Shown: positions 1 to 12,863, numbered from the stretch's first letter. The stretch: 64,000 nt of DNA from Escherichia coli (GCF_003334765.1 NZ_QOWT01000003.1); one strand, 5' to 3'. The notes: a model not told the origin generated them from the sequence alone. A program made the numbers and translations.

Positions 1-60
1 ATGATTTGCGTTAACGTGTTGAATCTGGACAGAAAATTAAGTTGATTATGAGGTCCGTGA

Positions 61-2949
61 ATGCCCCGCAGCACCTGGTTCAAAGCATTATTGTTGTTAG
101 TTGCCCTTTGGGCACCCTTAAGTCAGGCAGAAACGGGATGGCAGCCGATTCAGGAAACCATCCGTAAAAGTGATAAAGATAACCGCCAGTATCAGGCTAT
201 ACGTCTGGATAACGGTATGGTGGTCTTGCTGGTTTCTGATCCGCAGGCAGTTAAATCGCTCTCGGCGCTGGTGGTGCCCGTTGGGTCGCTGGAAGATCCC
301 GAGGCGTACCAGGGGCTGGCACATTACCTTGAACATATGAGTCTGATGGGGTCGAAAAAGTACCCGCAGGCTGACAGTCTGGCCGAATATCTCAAAATGC
401 ACGGCGGTAGTCACAATGCCAGCACTGCGCCGTATCGCACGGCTTTCTATCTGGAAGTTGAGAACGACGCCTTGCCTGGTGCGGTAGACCGCCTGGCCGA
501 TGCTATTGCTGAACCTTTGCTCGACAAGAAATATGCCGAACGTGAGCGTAATGCGGTGAACGCTGAATTAACCATGGCGCGTACGCGTGACGGGATGCGC
601 ATGGCACAGGTCAGCGCAGAAACCATTAACCCGGCACACCCCGGTTCAAAGTTTTCTGGTGGTAACCTCGAAACTTTAAGCGACAAACCTGGTAATCCGG
701 TGCAGCAGGCGCTGAAAGATTTCCACGAGAAGTACTATTCCGCCAATTTGATGAAGGCGGTTATTTACAGTAATAAACCGCTGCCGGAGTTGGCAAAAAT
801 GGCGGCGGACACCTTTGGTCGCGTGCCGAACAAAGAGAGCAAAAAACCGGAAATCACCGTGCCGGTAGTCACCGACGCGCAAAAGGGCATTATCATTCAT
901 TACGTCCCTGCGCTGCCGCGTAAAGTGTTGCGCGTTGAGTTTCGCATCGATAACAACTCAGCGAAGTTCCGTAGTAAAACCGATGAATTGATTACCTATC
1001 TGATTGGCAATCGCAGCCCAGGTACACTTTCTGACTGGCTGCAAAAGCAGGGATTAGTTGAGGGCATTAGCGCCAACTCCGATCCTATCGTCAACGGCAA
1101 CAGCGGCGTATTAGCGATCTCTGCGTCTTTAACCGATAAAGGCTTGGCTAATCGCGATCAGGTTGTGGCGGCAATTTTTAGCTATCTCAATCTGTTACGT
1201 GAAAAAGGCATTGATAAACAATACTTCGATGAACTGGCGAATGTGCTGGATATCGACTTCCGTTATCCGTCGATCACCCGTGATATGGATTACGTCGAAT
1301 GGCTGGCAGATACCATGATTCGCGTTCCTGTTGAGCATACGCTGGATGCAGTCAATATTGCCGATCGGTACGATGCTAAAGCAGTAAAGGAACGTCTGGC
1401 GATGATGACGCCGCAGAATGCGCGTATCTGGTATATCAGCCCGAAAGAGCCGCACAACAAAACGGCTTACTTTGTCGATGCGCCGTATCAGGTCGATAAA
1501 ATCAGCGCACAAACTTTCGCCGACTGGCAGAAAAAAGCCGCCGACATTGCGCTCTCTTTGCCAGAGCTTAACCCTTATATTCCTGATGATTTCTCGCTGA
1601 TTAAGTCAGAGAAGAAATACGACCATCCAGAGCTGATTGTTGATGAGTCGAATCTGCGCGTGGTGTATGCGCCAAGCCGTTATTTTGCCAGCGAGCCCAA
1701 AGCTGATGTCAGCCTGATTTTGCGTAATCCGAAAGCCATGGACAGCGCCCGCAATCAGGTGATGTTTGCGCTCAATGATTATCTCGCAGGGCTGGCGCTT
1801 GATCAGTTAAGCAACCAGGCGTCGGTTGGTGGCATAAGTTTTTCCACCAACGCTAACAACGGCCTTATGGTTAATGCTAATGGTTACACCCAGCGTCTGC
1901 CGCAGCTGTTCCAGGCATTGCTCGAGGGGTACTTTAGCTATACCGCTACGGAAGATCAGCTTGAGCAGGCGAAGTCCTGGTATAACCAGATGATGGATTC
2001 CGCAGAAAAGGGTAAAGCGTTTGAGCAGGCGATTATGCCCGCGCAGATGCTCTCGCAAGTGCCGTACTTCTCGCGAGATGAACGGCGTAAAATTTTGCCC
2101 TCCATTACGTTGAAAGAGGTGCTGGCCTATCGCGACGCCTTAAAATCAGGGGCTCGACCAGAGTTTATGGTTATCGGCAACATGACCGAGGCCCAGGCAA
2201 CAACGCTGGCACGCGATGTGCAAAAACAGTTGGGCGCTGATGGTTCAGAGTGGTGTCGAAACAAAGATGTAGTGGTCGATAAAAAACAATCCGTCATCTT
2301 TGAAAAAGCCGGTAACAGCACCGACTCCGCACTGGCAGCGGTATTTGTACCGACTGGCTACGATGAATACACCAGCTCAGCCTATAGCTCTCTGTTGGGG
2401 CAGATCGTACAGCCGTGGTTCTACAATCAGTTGCGTACCGAAGAACAATTGGGCTATGCCGTGTTTGCGTTTCCAATGAGCGTGGGGCGTCAGTGGGGCA
2501 TGGGCTTCCTTTTGCAAAGCAATGATAAACAGCCTTCATTCTTGTGGGAGCGTTACAAGGCGTTTTTCCCAACCGCAGAGGCAAAATTGCGAGCGATGAA
2601 GCCAGATGAGTTTGCGCAAATCCAGCAGGCGGTAATTACCCAGATGCTGCAGGCACCGCAAACGCTCGGCGAAGAAGCATCGAAGTTAAGTAAAGATTTC
2701 GATCGCGGCAATATGCGCTTCGATTCGCGTGATAAAATCGTGGCCCAGATAAAACTGCTGACGCCGCAAAAACTTGCTGATTTCTTCCATCAGGCGGTGG
2801 TCGAGCCGCAAGGCATGGCTATTCTGTCGCAGATTTCCGGCAGCCAGAACGGGAAAGCCGAATATGTACACCCTGAAGGCTGGAAAGTGTGGGAGAACGT
2901 CAGCGCGTTGCAGCAAACAATGCCCCTGATGAGTGAAAAGAATGAGTGA
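61..2949 (+). CDS. ptrA: Protease III (pitrilysin), M16 zinc metallopeptidase, periplasmic
   Basis: 962-aa ORF with N-terminal signal peptide and inverted zinc motif HxxEH (HYLEHM); sequence recognised as E. coli PtrA; sits upstream of recB as expected. Confidence 0.95.
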   Translation: MPRSTWFKALLLLVALWAPLSQAETGWQPIQETIRKSDKDNRQYQAIRLDNGMVVLLVSDPQAVKSLSALVVPVGSLEDPEAYQGLAHYLEHMSLMGSKKYPQADSLAEYLKMHGGSHNASTAPYRTAFYLEVENDALPGAVDRLADAIAEPLLDKKYAERERNAVNAELTMARTRDGMRMAQVSAETINPAHPGSKFSGGNLETLSDKPGNPVQQALKDFHEKYYSANLMKAVIYSNKPLPELAKMAADTFGRVPNKESKKPEITVPVVTDAQKGIIIHYVPALPRKVLRVEFRIDNNSAKFRSKTDELITYLIGNRSPGTLSDWLQKQGLVEGISANSDPIVNGNSGVLAISASLTDKGLANRDQVVAAIFSYLNLLREKGIDKQYFDELANVLDIDFRYPSITRDMDYVEWLADTMIRVPVEHTLDAVNIADRYDAKAVKERLAMMTPQNARIWYISPKEPHNKTAYFVDAPYQVDKISAQTFADWQKKAADIALSLPELNPYIPDDFSLIKSEKKYDHPELIVDESNLRVVYAPSRYFASEPKADVSLILRNPKAMDSARNQVMFALNDYLAGLALDQLSNQASVGGISFSTNANNGLMVNANGYTQRLPQLFQALLEGYFSYTATEDQLEQAKSWYNQMMDSAEKGKAFEQAIMPAQMLSQVPYFSRDERRKILPSITLKEVLAYRDALKSGARPEFMVIGNMTEAQATTLARDVQKQLGADGSEWCRNKDVVVDKKQSVIFEKAGNSTDSALAAVFVPTGYDEYTSSAYSSLLGQIVQPWFYNQLRTEEQLGYAVFAFPMSVGRQWGMGFLLQSNDKQPSFLWERYKAFFPTAEAKLRAMKPDEFAQIQQAVITQMLQAPQTLGEEASKLSKDFDRGNMRFDSRDKIVAQIKLLTPQKLADFFHQAVVEPQGMAILSQISGSQNGKAEYVHPEGWKVWENVSALQQTMPLMSEKNE

Positions 2950-5900
2950 TGTCGCCGAGACACTAGATCCTTTGCGCTTGCCCTTACAGGGTGAGCGCCT
3001 GATTGAAGCCTCTGCCGGCACAGGCAAAACCTTTACGATTGCGGCGCTCTATTTGCGCCTGTTACTTGGACTAGGCGGTTCCGCCGCCTTTCCCCGCCCG
3101 CTGACCGTTGAAGAACTGCTGGTGGTCACCTTTACCGAGGCTGCCACGGCAGAATTGCGCGGTCGTATCCGTAGCAATATCCACGAGTTGCGCATCGCCT
3201 GTCTGCGTGAAACCACCGACAATCCACTGTACGAACGCCTGCTGGAAGAGATCGACGATAAAGCGCAAGCCGCGCAGTGGTTGTTGTTAGCCGAACGGCA
3301 GATGGATGAAGCGGCAGTCTTTACTATTCACGGCTTTTGCCAGCGCATGCTCAACCTGAATGCCTTTGAATCCGGCATGCTGTTTGAGCAGCAGCTGATT
3401 GAAGATGAGTCTCTGCTACGCTACCAGGCCTGCGCCGATTTCTGGCGTCGCCACTGCTACCCGCTGCCGCGTGAAATAGCCCAGGTCGTCTTTGAAACCT
3501 GGAAAGGGCCGCAGGCGTTGCTGCGCGATATTAATCGTTATCTGCAAGGCGAAGCGCCGGTTATCAAAGCACCGCCGCCCGATGATGAAACGCTGGCTTC
3601 CCGTCACGCGCAAATTGTGGCGCGTATTGATACGGTAAAACAGCAGTGGCGCGACGCAGTGGGTGAACTGGATGCGCTGATCGAATCTTCTGGTATTGAT
3701 CGACGCAAGTTTAACCGTAGCAATCAGGCTAAATGGATCGACAAGATCAGCGCCTGGGCAGAAGAAGAGACAAACAGTTATCAGTTGCCGGAGTCGCTGG
3801 AAAAATTCTCCCAGCGTTTCTTAGAAGATCGCACGAAGGCCGGGGGGGGAACCCCGCGACATCCACTGTTTGAGGCGATCGATCAACTGCTTGCAGAACC
3901 ATTGTCGATCCGCGATCTGGTGATCACCCGCGCATTGGCTGAGATCCGCGAAACAGTAGCGCGTGAAAAACGCCGCCGTGGCGAATTGGGTTTTGATGAC
4001 ATGTTAAGTCGGCTCGATTCCGCGCTGCGTAGCGAAAGCGGTGAGGTGTTGGCAGCGGCGATCCGTACGCGATTCCCGGTGGCAATGATCGATGAATTTC
4101 AGGATACCGACCCCCAGCAGTACCGAATTTTTCGCCGTATCTGGCACCATCAGCCGGAAACCGCATTGTTGCTAATTGGCGACCCGAAGCAGGCCATATA
4201 TGCATTCCGGGGTGCGGATATCTTCACTTATATGAAGGCGCGTAGCGAAGTTCACGCCCACTACACTTTAGACACCAACTGGCGTTCCGCACCAGGAATG
4301 GTGAACAGCGTGAATAAGCTTTTCAGCCAGACTGATGACGCGTTCATGTTTCGCGAAATACCGTTTATTCCAGTGAAATCAGCCGGGAAAAATCAGGCGT
4401 TACGTTTTGTATTTAAAGGTGAAACACAGCCTGCGATGAAAATGTGGCTGATGGAAGGCGAAAGCTGCGGCGTTGGCGATTATCAAAGTACCATGGCGCA
4501 GGTATGTGCTGCGCAAATCCGCGACTGGCTACAAGCCGGACAGCGGGGCGAAGCGTTGCTGATGAACGGCGACGACGCGCGTCCGGTGCGTGCTTCGGAC
4601 ATCAGTGTGCTGGTGCGCAGCCGCCAGGAGGCCGCCCAGGTGCGCGATGCCTTAACGTTGCTGGAAATCCCTTCCGTTTACCTTTCGAACCGCGACAGTG
4701 TTTTTGAAACTCTGGAAGCGCAGGAAATGCTTTGGTTGTTGCAGGCGGTGATGACGCCCGAACGTGAGAACACCCTGCGTAGTGCGCTGGCAACGTCAAT
4801 GATGGGGCTGAACGCGCTGGATATCGAAACGCTGAACAATGACGAACATGCGTGGGATGTGGTAGTCGAAGAGTTCGATGGTTATCGGCAAATCTGGCGC
4901 AAACGTGGCGTTATGCCGATGCTGCGGGCGCTGATGTCGGCGCGTAACATTGCTGAAAACTTGCTGGCAACGGCAGGCGGTGAGCGGCGTCTTACCGATA
5001 TCTTGCATATCAGCGAACTGCTACAAGAAGCCGGAACGCAGCTGGAAAGTGAACATGCGCTGGTACGCTGGTTATCGCAACATATCCTCGAGCCAGACAG
5101 TAATGCCTCCAGCCAACAAATGCGTCTCGAAAGTGATAAACATCTGGTGCAGATTGTCACGATCCACAAATCGAAAGGGCTGGAATATCCATTGGTCTGG
5201 CTGCCGTTTATCACCAATTTCCGCGTCCAGGAGCAGGCGTTTTATCACGATCGCCACTCGTTTGAGGCAGTTCTGGATCTTAATGCTGCGCCAGAAAGCG
5301 TCGACCTCGCGGAGGCCGAACGTCTGGCGGAAGATCTGCGTTTGCTTTACGTGGCGCTGACACGTTCGGTTTGGCATTGCAGTCTCGGCGTTGCACCGCT
5401 GGTGCGCCGTCGTGGCGATAAAAAAGGTGACACCGACGTCCACCAAAGTGCGCTCGGGCGTTTGCTGCAAAAAGGGGAACCGCAAGATGCGGCAGGGCTT
5501 CGCACCTGTATTGAAGCGTTATGCGATGATGATATTGCCTGGCAAACGGCACAAACTGGTGATAACCAACCCTGGCAGGTTAATGATGTTTCTACAGCAG
5601 AGCTGAATGCGAAGACGTTACAACGATTGCCCGGCGATAACTGGCGCGTCACCAGCTACTCTGGTTTGCAACAGCGTGGTCACGGTATCGCCCAGGATTT
5701 GATGCCTCGGCTGGATGTCGATGCTGCAGGCGTTGCCAGCGTCGTTGAAGAACCGACGTTAACACCACATCAGTTTCCGCGCGGTGCGTCACCGGGGACG
5801 TTCTTGCACAGTTTGTTTGAAGACCTGGATTTTACCCAGCCGGTTGACCCGAACTGGGTGCGGGAAAAACTGGAACTCGGCGGCTTTGAATCGCAGTGGG

Positions 5901-6484
5901 AACCGGTATTGACCGAGTGGATCACGGCTGTCCTCCAGGCACCTCTCAATGAAACCGGCGTAAGCCTGAGTCAACTTTCCGCCCGCAATAAACAGGTGGA
6001 GATGGAGTTTTATCTGCCGATTAGTGAACCGCTTATCGCCAGTCAGCTTGATACGTTAATCCGCCAGTTTGACCCGCTATCCGCAGGCTGCCCGCCGCTG
6101 GAGTTCATGCAGGTACGTGGCATGTTAAAAGGCTTTATCGACCTGGTGTTCCGCCACGAAGGGCGTTATTACCTGCTCGACTATAAATCCAACTGGTTGG
6201 GTGAAGACAGTTCGGCTTACACCCAACAGGCTATGGCAGCGGCAATGCAGGCACACCGCTATGATCTGCAATATCAGCTTTATACCCTGGCGCTGCATCG
6301 TTATCTGCGCCATCGCATTGCTGATTACGACTATGAGCACCACTTTGGCGGCGTTATTTATCTGTTCCTGCGTGGCGTTGATAAAGAACATCCGCAACAG
6401 GGGATTTACACAACCCGACCCAACGCCGGGTTGATTGCCCTGATGGATGAGATGTTTGCCGGTATGACCCTGGAGGAGGCGTAA
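2942..6484 (+). CDS. recB: RecBCD helicase/nuclease subunit RecB
   Basis: ORF track gives 2933..6484 from a GTG; the recognised N-terminus [15 protein letters not shown] begins at ATG 2942, giving 1180 aa; Walker A motif AGTGKT; start overlaps ptrA stop by 8 nt. Confidence 0.95.
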
Positions 6485-8310
6485 TGAAATTGCAAAAGCA
6501 ATTACTGGAAGCTGTGGAGCACAAACAGCTACGCCCGCTGGATGTGCAATTTGCCCTGACCGTGGCGGGAGATGAACATCCTGCCGTCACCCTCGCGGCG
6601 GCACTGTTAAGTCATGATGCCGGAGAGGGACACGTTTGTTTGCCGCTTTCACGACTGGAAAATAACGAGGCGTCGCATCCGCTGTTGGCGACCTGTGTCA
6701 GTGAAATCGGTGAGCTACAAAATTGGGAAGAATGCTTGCTGGCTTCTCAAGCGGTCAGCAGGGGAGATGAACCCACGCCGATGATCCTCTGTGGCGATCG
6801 TCTTTATTTGAATCGCATGTGGTGTAACGAGCGCACAGTGGCACGCTTTTTCAACGAAGTGAATCATGCCATTGAGGTTGATGAAGCTCTACTGGCGCAA
6901 ACCCTGGACAAACTTTTTCCAGTAAGCGATGAAATTAACTGGCAAAAAGTTGCGGCGGCAGTGGCGCTGACGCGGCGGATCTCGGTGATTTCCGGCGGCC
7001 CTGGCACCGGTAAAACGACCACCGTAGCGAAGTTGCTGGCAGCGTTAATTCAAATGGCCGACGGCGAACGCTGCCGTATCCGTCTGGCTGCACCAACGGG
7101 TAAAGCTGCCGCGCGCTTAACCGAATCTCTCGGCAAGGCTTTGCGACAGTTACCGCTGACCGATGAACAAAAGAAACGCATTCCGGAAGATGCCAGCACT
7201 TTGCACCGATTGCTGGGCGCGCAGCCGGGTAGCCAGCGTTTACGTCATCATGCCGGTAACCCGCTGCATCTTGATGTGCTGGTGGTAGATGAAGCGTCAA
7301 TGATCGATCTGCCTATGATGTCGAGACTGATCGACGCCTTGCCCGATCATGCGCGAGTGATCTTTCTCGGCGATCGTGATCAACTGGCCTCGGTTGAGGC
7401 TGGGGCTGTGCTGGGCGATATCTGCGCTTATGCCAACGCGGGCTTTACCGCCGAGCGTGCCAGGCAGCTAAGCCGCCTGACGGGGACTCACGTTCCGGCA
7501 GGAACCGGCACAGAAGCGGCATCTTTGCGCGACAGTCTCTGCCTGCTGCAAAAAAGCTATCGTTTCGGCAGCGATTCTGGCATTGGTCAGTTAGCTGCGG
7601 CGATCAACCGTGGTGATAAAACGGCAGTGAAAACCGTTTTTCAGCAGGATTTTACTGATATCGAAAAACGGCTTTTACAGAGCGGCGAAGATTATATTGC
7701 GATGCTTGAGGAAGCTCTTGCGGGTTACGGACGTTATCTGGATCTGCTGCAAGCGCGTGCCGAGCCGGATTTAATCATTCAGGCGTTCAATGAGTACCAG
7801 CTTTTGTGCGCCCTGCGGGAAGGGCCGTTTGGCGTGGCTGGACTGAATGAGCGAATTGAGCAGTTTATGCAACAGAAGCGCAAAATTCATCGTCATCCGC
7901 ACTCTCGTTGGTACGAAGGTCGACCGGTGATGATTGCCCGTAATGACAGCGCGCTTGGGTTGTTTAATGGCGATATCGGTATTGCGCTGGATCGCGGGCA
8001 GGGGACGCGCGTCTGGTTTGCGATGCCGGACGGCAATATTAAGTCTGTGCAACCGAGTCGCTTGCCAGAGCACGAAACTACGTGGGCGATGACGGTACAT
8101 AAATCGCAGGGATCGGAGTTCGACCATGCGGCGTTGATTTTGCCGAGCCAACGCACGCCGGTAGTAACGCGAGAGCTGGTTTATACCGCGGTGACCCGCG
8201 CGCGTCGCCGTCTGTCGCTGTATGCCGATGAGCGCATATTAAGTGCGGCAATCGCCACTCGTACTGAGCGGCGCAGTGGTCTGGCGGCGTTGTTTAGTTC
8301 ACGGGAATAA
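6484..8310 (+). CDS. recD: RecBCD helicase subunit RecD
   Basis: 608-aa ORF with P-loop GGPGTGKTT; start ATG overlaps recB stop (TAATG); recognised as RecD. Confidence 0.95.
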
Positions 8311-8320
8311 ACGTAATTGC

Positions 8321-8358
8321 CGGATGCGACGTACGAGTGTTACGCATGTCGCATCCGA
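8321..8358. repeat. REP-like palindrome / bidirectional terminator hairpin between convergent recD and argA
   Basis: Inverted repeat CGGATGCGAC...GTCGCATCCG seen in sequence; resembles the REP consensus. Confidence 0.6.
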
Positions 8359-8371
8359 CGATTTTCATCGC

Positions 8372-9703
8372 TTACCCTAAATCCGCCATCAACACTTTGG
8401 ATTTACGCTGGTAGTTGTACAACTGCTTTTTGCTCTCGGGCAGTAAATCAATATCCACTGGGGTAAATCCACGTTCCTGGAACCAGTGAATACTGCGCGT
8501 GGTCAGCACAAACAATTTGCTTAAGCCGCTCTGCTTCGCCTGAGCGGCAATGCGTTCCAGCAGAACTTCACCCCTTGATGAACTGCGGTAATCCGGGTGA
8601 ACTGCCACACAGGCCATTTCCCCAATCTTCTCTTCCGGGAACGGATAGAGCGCGGCGCAGGCAATAGTCGTGTTATCGCGCTGAATAATGGTGAATTTGT
8701 CGATTTCCATCTCCAGCTGCTCGCGAGAACGGCGTACCAGAATACCTTGCTGCTCCAGTGGGCGAATCAACTCCAGAATACCGCCAATATCGTTGATTGT
8801 TGCGCGACGAATCTGCTCGGCGCTTTCCATCACAATCTGCGTACCGATACCGTCGCGTGAGAACAACTCTTGCAACAGCGCGCCATCTTCCTGATAACTG
8901 ATTAAATGACAGCGACGCACGCCGCTGCGGCAGGCTTTCACTGCGCCACGCAAAAAGCGCACCGTACCGGAGTTGTAATCGCCTTTCTCTTCCTGGGCTT
9001 CTACCCGCGCTTGCGCTTCGTTAGGGAAAAGTTCGGAGACAATATCACCGTCGTCATTAGTGACGCCCTGGGAAGAGCAAAAACCAATCATCTTTTCAGC
9101 TTTCAGTTTGATGGCCAGTTGAGTGGCAATCTCTTCCGAGGTCAGGTTAAAGCTCTCGCCAGTGACTGAAACAGCGACCGGCCCCATTAGCACTATTGCA
9201 CCGCTGTCCAGTTGACGATGGATCGCGTCTTCATCAATCCGCCGGATACGCCCGCTATGGCAGTAATCCACGCCGTCATCGACGCCCAGCGGCTGGGCAA
9301 TAATAAAATTGCCACTGACGACGTTGATATGCGCGCCCTGCAGCGGCGTGTTATTGAGACTCATCGACAGGCGAGCAGTAATATCCAGTTGCAATGTTCC
9401 CGCAGCCTGCTTCACCAGTTCCAGTGTTTTGGCGTCGGTCACACGTATATTCTTGTGATACAGCGGTTCGTGGTGATGCGCAGCCAGATTTGCGTCGATC
9501 TGCGGACGTGCGCCATAGACCACCACCAGACGGATGCCGAGGCTGTGCAACAACCCGATATCATTAACGATACTGGAGAAATTCTCATGCTCAATGGCTT
9601 CACCGCCGAGCATGATGACAAACGTTTTTCCCCGGTGGGTATTGATATAGGGAACCGAATGGCGGAATCCCTCGACCAACTCGGTTTTACGTTCCTTTAC
9701 CAC
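8372..9703 (-). CDS. argA: N-acetylglutamate synthase
   Basis: ORF track 8372..9769; the recognised ArgA N-terminus [19 protein letters not shown] starts at a GTG (plus-strand CAC at 9701-9703), giving 443 aa; C-terminal GNAT acetyltransferase domain. Confidence 0.92.
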   Translation of the reverse strand: MVKERKTELVEGFRHSVPYINTHRGKTFVIMLGGEAIEHENFSSIVNDIGLLHSLGIRLVVVYGARPQIDANLAAHHHEPLYHKNIRVTDAKTLELVKQAAGTLQLDITARLSMSLNNTPLQGAHINVVSGNFIIAQPLGVDDGVDYCHSGRIRRIDEDAIHRQLDSGAIVLMGPVAVSVTGESFNLTSEEIATQLAIKLKAEKMIGFCSSQGVTNDDGDIVSELFPNEAQARVEAQEEKGDYNSGTVRFLRGAVKACRSGVRRCHLISYQEDGALLQELFSRDGIGTQIVMESAEQIRRATINDIGGILELIRPLEQQGILVRRSREQLEMEIDKFTIIQRDNTTIACAALYPFPEEKIGEMACVAVHPDYRSSSRGEVLLERIAAQAKQSGLSKLFVLTTRSIHWFQERGFTPVDIDLLPESKKQLYNYQRKSKVLMADLG

Positions 9704-9934
9704 GGCACACCTCTTTGCATGATTATTCGAAATTAGTGTATTTTTATTCTGTTTTTTCGCAGGGTGCAAGTGTAAATTTTATGCGAGAGCGACTTTTTTA
9801 TCAGTAATGCCGTGAATATAAAAAGAATGTTTACCGTTTATTAGATGACAGATTATGCGTCTTTCGCTAAAGTTTCCGGTCAAATTAGTCGTTTACTTGT
9901 TACACAGCTTAGATTTCTTTTGCTCGGGAGAGGC

Positions 9935-11188
9935 ATGTCAGGATCCAACACTGCAATCAGCCGTCGTCGTTTACTGCAAGGCGCGGGTGCCATGTGGCTA
10001 TTGAGCGTAAGTCAGGTCAGTCTGGCTGCGGTCAGCCAGGTCGTGGCGGTGCGCGTCTGGCCTGCGTCCAGCTACACCCGCGTGACGGTGGAATCAAATC
10101 GTCAGCTGAAATATAAGCAGTTCGCGTTGAGTAACCCTGAACGCGTGGTGGTGGATATCGAAGATGTAAACCTGAACTCGGTACTCAAGGGGATGGCGGC
10201 ACAAATTCGTGCAGACGACCCGTTCATCAAGTCGGCGCGCGTCGGGCAATTTGACCCGCAAACCGTACGGATGGTTTTTGAATTAAAGCAAAACGTAAAA
10301 CCGCAGCTGTTTGCCCTTGCGCCGGTCGCCGGGTTTAAAGAGCGTCTGGTGATGGACCTCTATCCGGCCAATGCACAGGATATGCAGGACCCGCTGCTGG
10401 CGCTGCTGGAGGATTACAACAAAGGCGACCTCGAAAAGCAGGTGCCGCCAGCGCAAAGTGGTCCACAACCGGGTAAAGCAGGGCGCGATCGTCCGATTGT
10501 CATTATGCTTGACCCTGGCCACGGTGGCGAAGACTCCGGTGCGGTGGGGAAATACAAAACGCGCGAAAAAGATGTGGTATTGCAAATAGCTCGCCGTTTG
10601 CGCTCTCTGATCGAGAAAGAGGGCAATATGAAGGTGTACATGACGCGCAATGAAGACATCTTCATTCCATTGCAAGTGCGCGTAGCAAAAGCCCAGAAAC
10701 AGCGTGCTGACCTGTTTGTCTCTATCCATGCCGACGCCTTTACCAGTCGTCAGCCGAGCGGTTCCTCTGTGTTTGCGCTCTCAACCAAAGGTGCAACCAG
10801 TACTGCGGCAAAATATCTGGCACAAACCCAGAACGCCTCGGACTTGATTGGTGGCGTGAGCAAAAGCGGTGACCGCTATGTCGACCACACCATGTTCGAT
10901 ATGGTACAGTCGCTGACCATTGCCGACAGCCTGAAGTTTGGTAAAGCGGTACTGAATAAGCTCGGTAAAATCAACAAGCTGCATAAAAATCAAGTTGAAC
11001 AGGCCGGGTTTGCCGTACTAAAGGCACCAGATATTCCCTCCATTCTGGTCGAAACGGCGTTTATCAGTAACGTTGAGGAAGAGCGTAAACTGAAAACGGC
11101 GACTTTCCAGCAGGAAGTTGCGGAGTCTATTCTTGCGGGGATTAAAGCGTATTTTGCCGATGGGGCGACGCTGGCGAGAAGGGGATGA
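9935..11188 (+). CDS. amiC: N-acetylmuramoyl-L-alanine amidase AmiC (Tat-exported)
   Basis: ORF track starts at 9845; the recognised start [19 protein letters not shown] (twin-arginine signal) is ATG 9935, giving 417 aa; Amidase_3 domain. Confidence 0.92.
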
Positions 11189-11261
11189 TAAAAAGGCGCT
11201 GAATGGCGCTTTTTTATGGGAGACCAGAAACAAAAAAACACCCGTTAGGGTGTTCAATAAT

Positions 11262-11338
<77 letters not shown>

Positions 11339-11546
11339 TCCGTGGATGCGCACTATACTCCGCTCGCGTTTTCATGCAACCTTTTTTTTACCCCGATCAC
11401 GGATTTGGCATGATTTTGAACAAAAACAAATCACTAAAGCCTATTTTTTGTGCAAAATTTGCGTCAGGGAGAGGCTGCTCATTTCATTAAACGCGGCGGT
11501 TTGTTATCTTCGTTGCGCCTTATTTTTTAACCTGAAGAAGAGAACA

Positions 11547-12644
11547 ATGAAAGGACGTTGGGTAAAGTACCTTCTTATGGGCACGGTTGTGGCAATGCTT
11601 GCCGCCTGCTCTTCCAAACCAACCGATCGCGGACAGCAATATAAAGACGGGAAATTTACCCAGCCTTTCTCTCTGGTGAACCAGCCAGATGCCGTTGGCG
11701 CGCCGATTAACGCCGGTGATTTTGCCGAGCAAATTAACCATATCCGTAATTCGTCACCGCGTCTGTATGGCAACCAGAGTAATGTTTATAACGCGGTGCA
11801 AGAGTGGCTGCGCGCAGGCGGTGATACCCGCAATATGCGCCAGTTCGGCATTGATGCCTGGCAGATGGAAGGTGCCGACAACTATGGTAACGTGCAGTTT
11901 ACCGGTTATTACACGCCGGTAATTCAGGCGCGCCATACCCGCCAGGGCGAGTTCCAGTATCCTATTTACCGTATGCCGCCAAAACGTGGTCGTCTGCCGT
12001 CTCGTGCGGAGATCTACGCGGGGGCATTGAGTGATAAATATATTCTCGCTTACAGTAACTCCCTGATGGATAACTTCATTATGGATGTGCAGGGTAGTGG
12101 GTATATCGACTTTGGTGATGGCAGTCCGCTTAACTTTTTCAGCTATGCAGGGAAAAACGGTCATGCCTATCGCAGCATTGGTAAGGTGCTGATCGACCGT
12201 GGCGAAGTGAAAAAAGAAGATATGTCGATGCAGGCGATTCGTCACTGGGGCGAAACACACAGTGAAGCCGAGGTTCGCGAGCTGCTGGAACAGAACCCGT
12301 CTTTCGTCTTCTTTAAACCGCAATCTTTTGCTCCGGTGAAAGGGGCAAGTGCGGTGCCGCTGGTTGGTCGCGCGTCAGTTGCCTCTGATCGTTCCATTAT
12401 TCCGCCAGGTACTACCTTGCTGGCAGAAGTGCCGTTGCTGGATAATAACGGCAAATTTAATGGTCAGTACGAACTGCGTCTGATGGTGGCGCTGGATGTC
12501 GGTGGTGCAATCAAAGGCCAACACTTCGATATCTATCAAGGGATCGGGCCGGAAGCCGGACACCGCGCAGGTTGGTACAACCACTATGGACGTGTCTGGG
12601 TGCTGAAAACCGCCCCGGGCGCAGGTAACGTCTTTAGCGGCTGA
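11547..12644 (+). CDS. mltA: Membrane-bound lytic murein transglycosylase A (lipoprotein)
   Basis: ORF track starts at 11118 and spuriously runs through the tRNA; the real start MKGRWVKYLLMGTVVAMLAACSS (lipobox LAAC) is ATG 11547, giving 365 aa. Confidence 0.93.
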   Translation: MKGRWVKYLLMGTVVAMLAACSSKPTDRGQQYKDGKFTQPFSLVNQPDAVGAPINAGDFAEQINHIRNSSPRLYGNQSNVYNAVQEWLRAGGDTRNMRQFGIDAWQMEGADNYGNVQFTGYYTPVIQARHTRQGEFQYPIYRMPPKRGRLPSRAEIYAGALSDKYILAYSNSLMDNFIMDVQGSGYIDFGDGSPLNFFSYAGKNGHAYRSIGKVLIDRGEVKKEDMSMQAIRHWGETHSEAEVRELLEQNPSFVFFKPQSFAPVKGASAVPLVGRASVASDRSIIPPGTTLLAEVPLLDNNGKFNGQYELRLMVALDVGGAIKGQHFDIYQGIGPEAGHRAGWYNHYGRVWVLKTAPGAGNVFSG

Positions 12645-12678
12645 TGTGATATTCTGTATGCCGTTTTTACGGATATGA

Positions 12679-12863
12679 CAGGGTGAGGGGTAACCTCACA
12701 TCCTGATTATTGACTAAGTGCGCGTTGTTCATGCCGGATGCGGCGTGAACGCCTTATCCGGCCTACAAATCATGCAAATCCAAAATATTGCAGGAGTTAT
12801 GTAGGCCTGATAAGCGTAGCGCATCAGGCATTTATGCGTTTAGGGTGAGGGATAACCTCGCCC
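12679..12863. repeat. BIME/REP cluster: two inverted REP palindromes flanked by near-identical hairpin-forming direct repeats
   Basis: REP copies GCCGGATGCGGCGTGAACGCCTTATCCGGCCTAC (12733-12766) and inverted GTAGGCCTGATAAGCGTAGCGCATCAGGC (12801-12829); flanking GGGTGAGGG(G/A)TAACCTC at 12681-12700 and 12843-12860. Confidence 0.8.
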
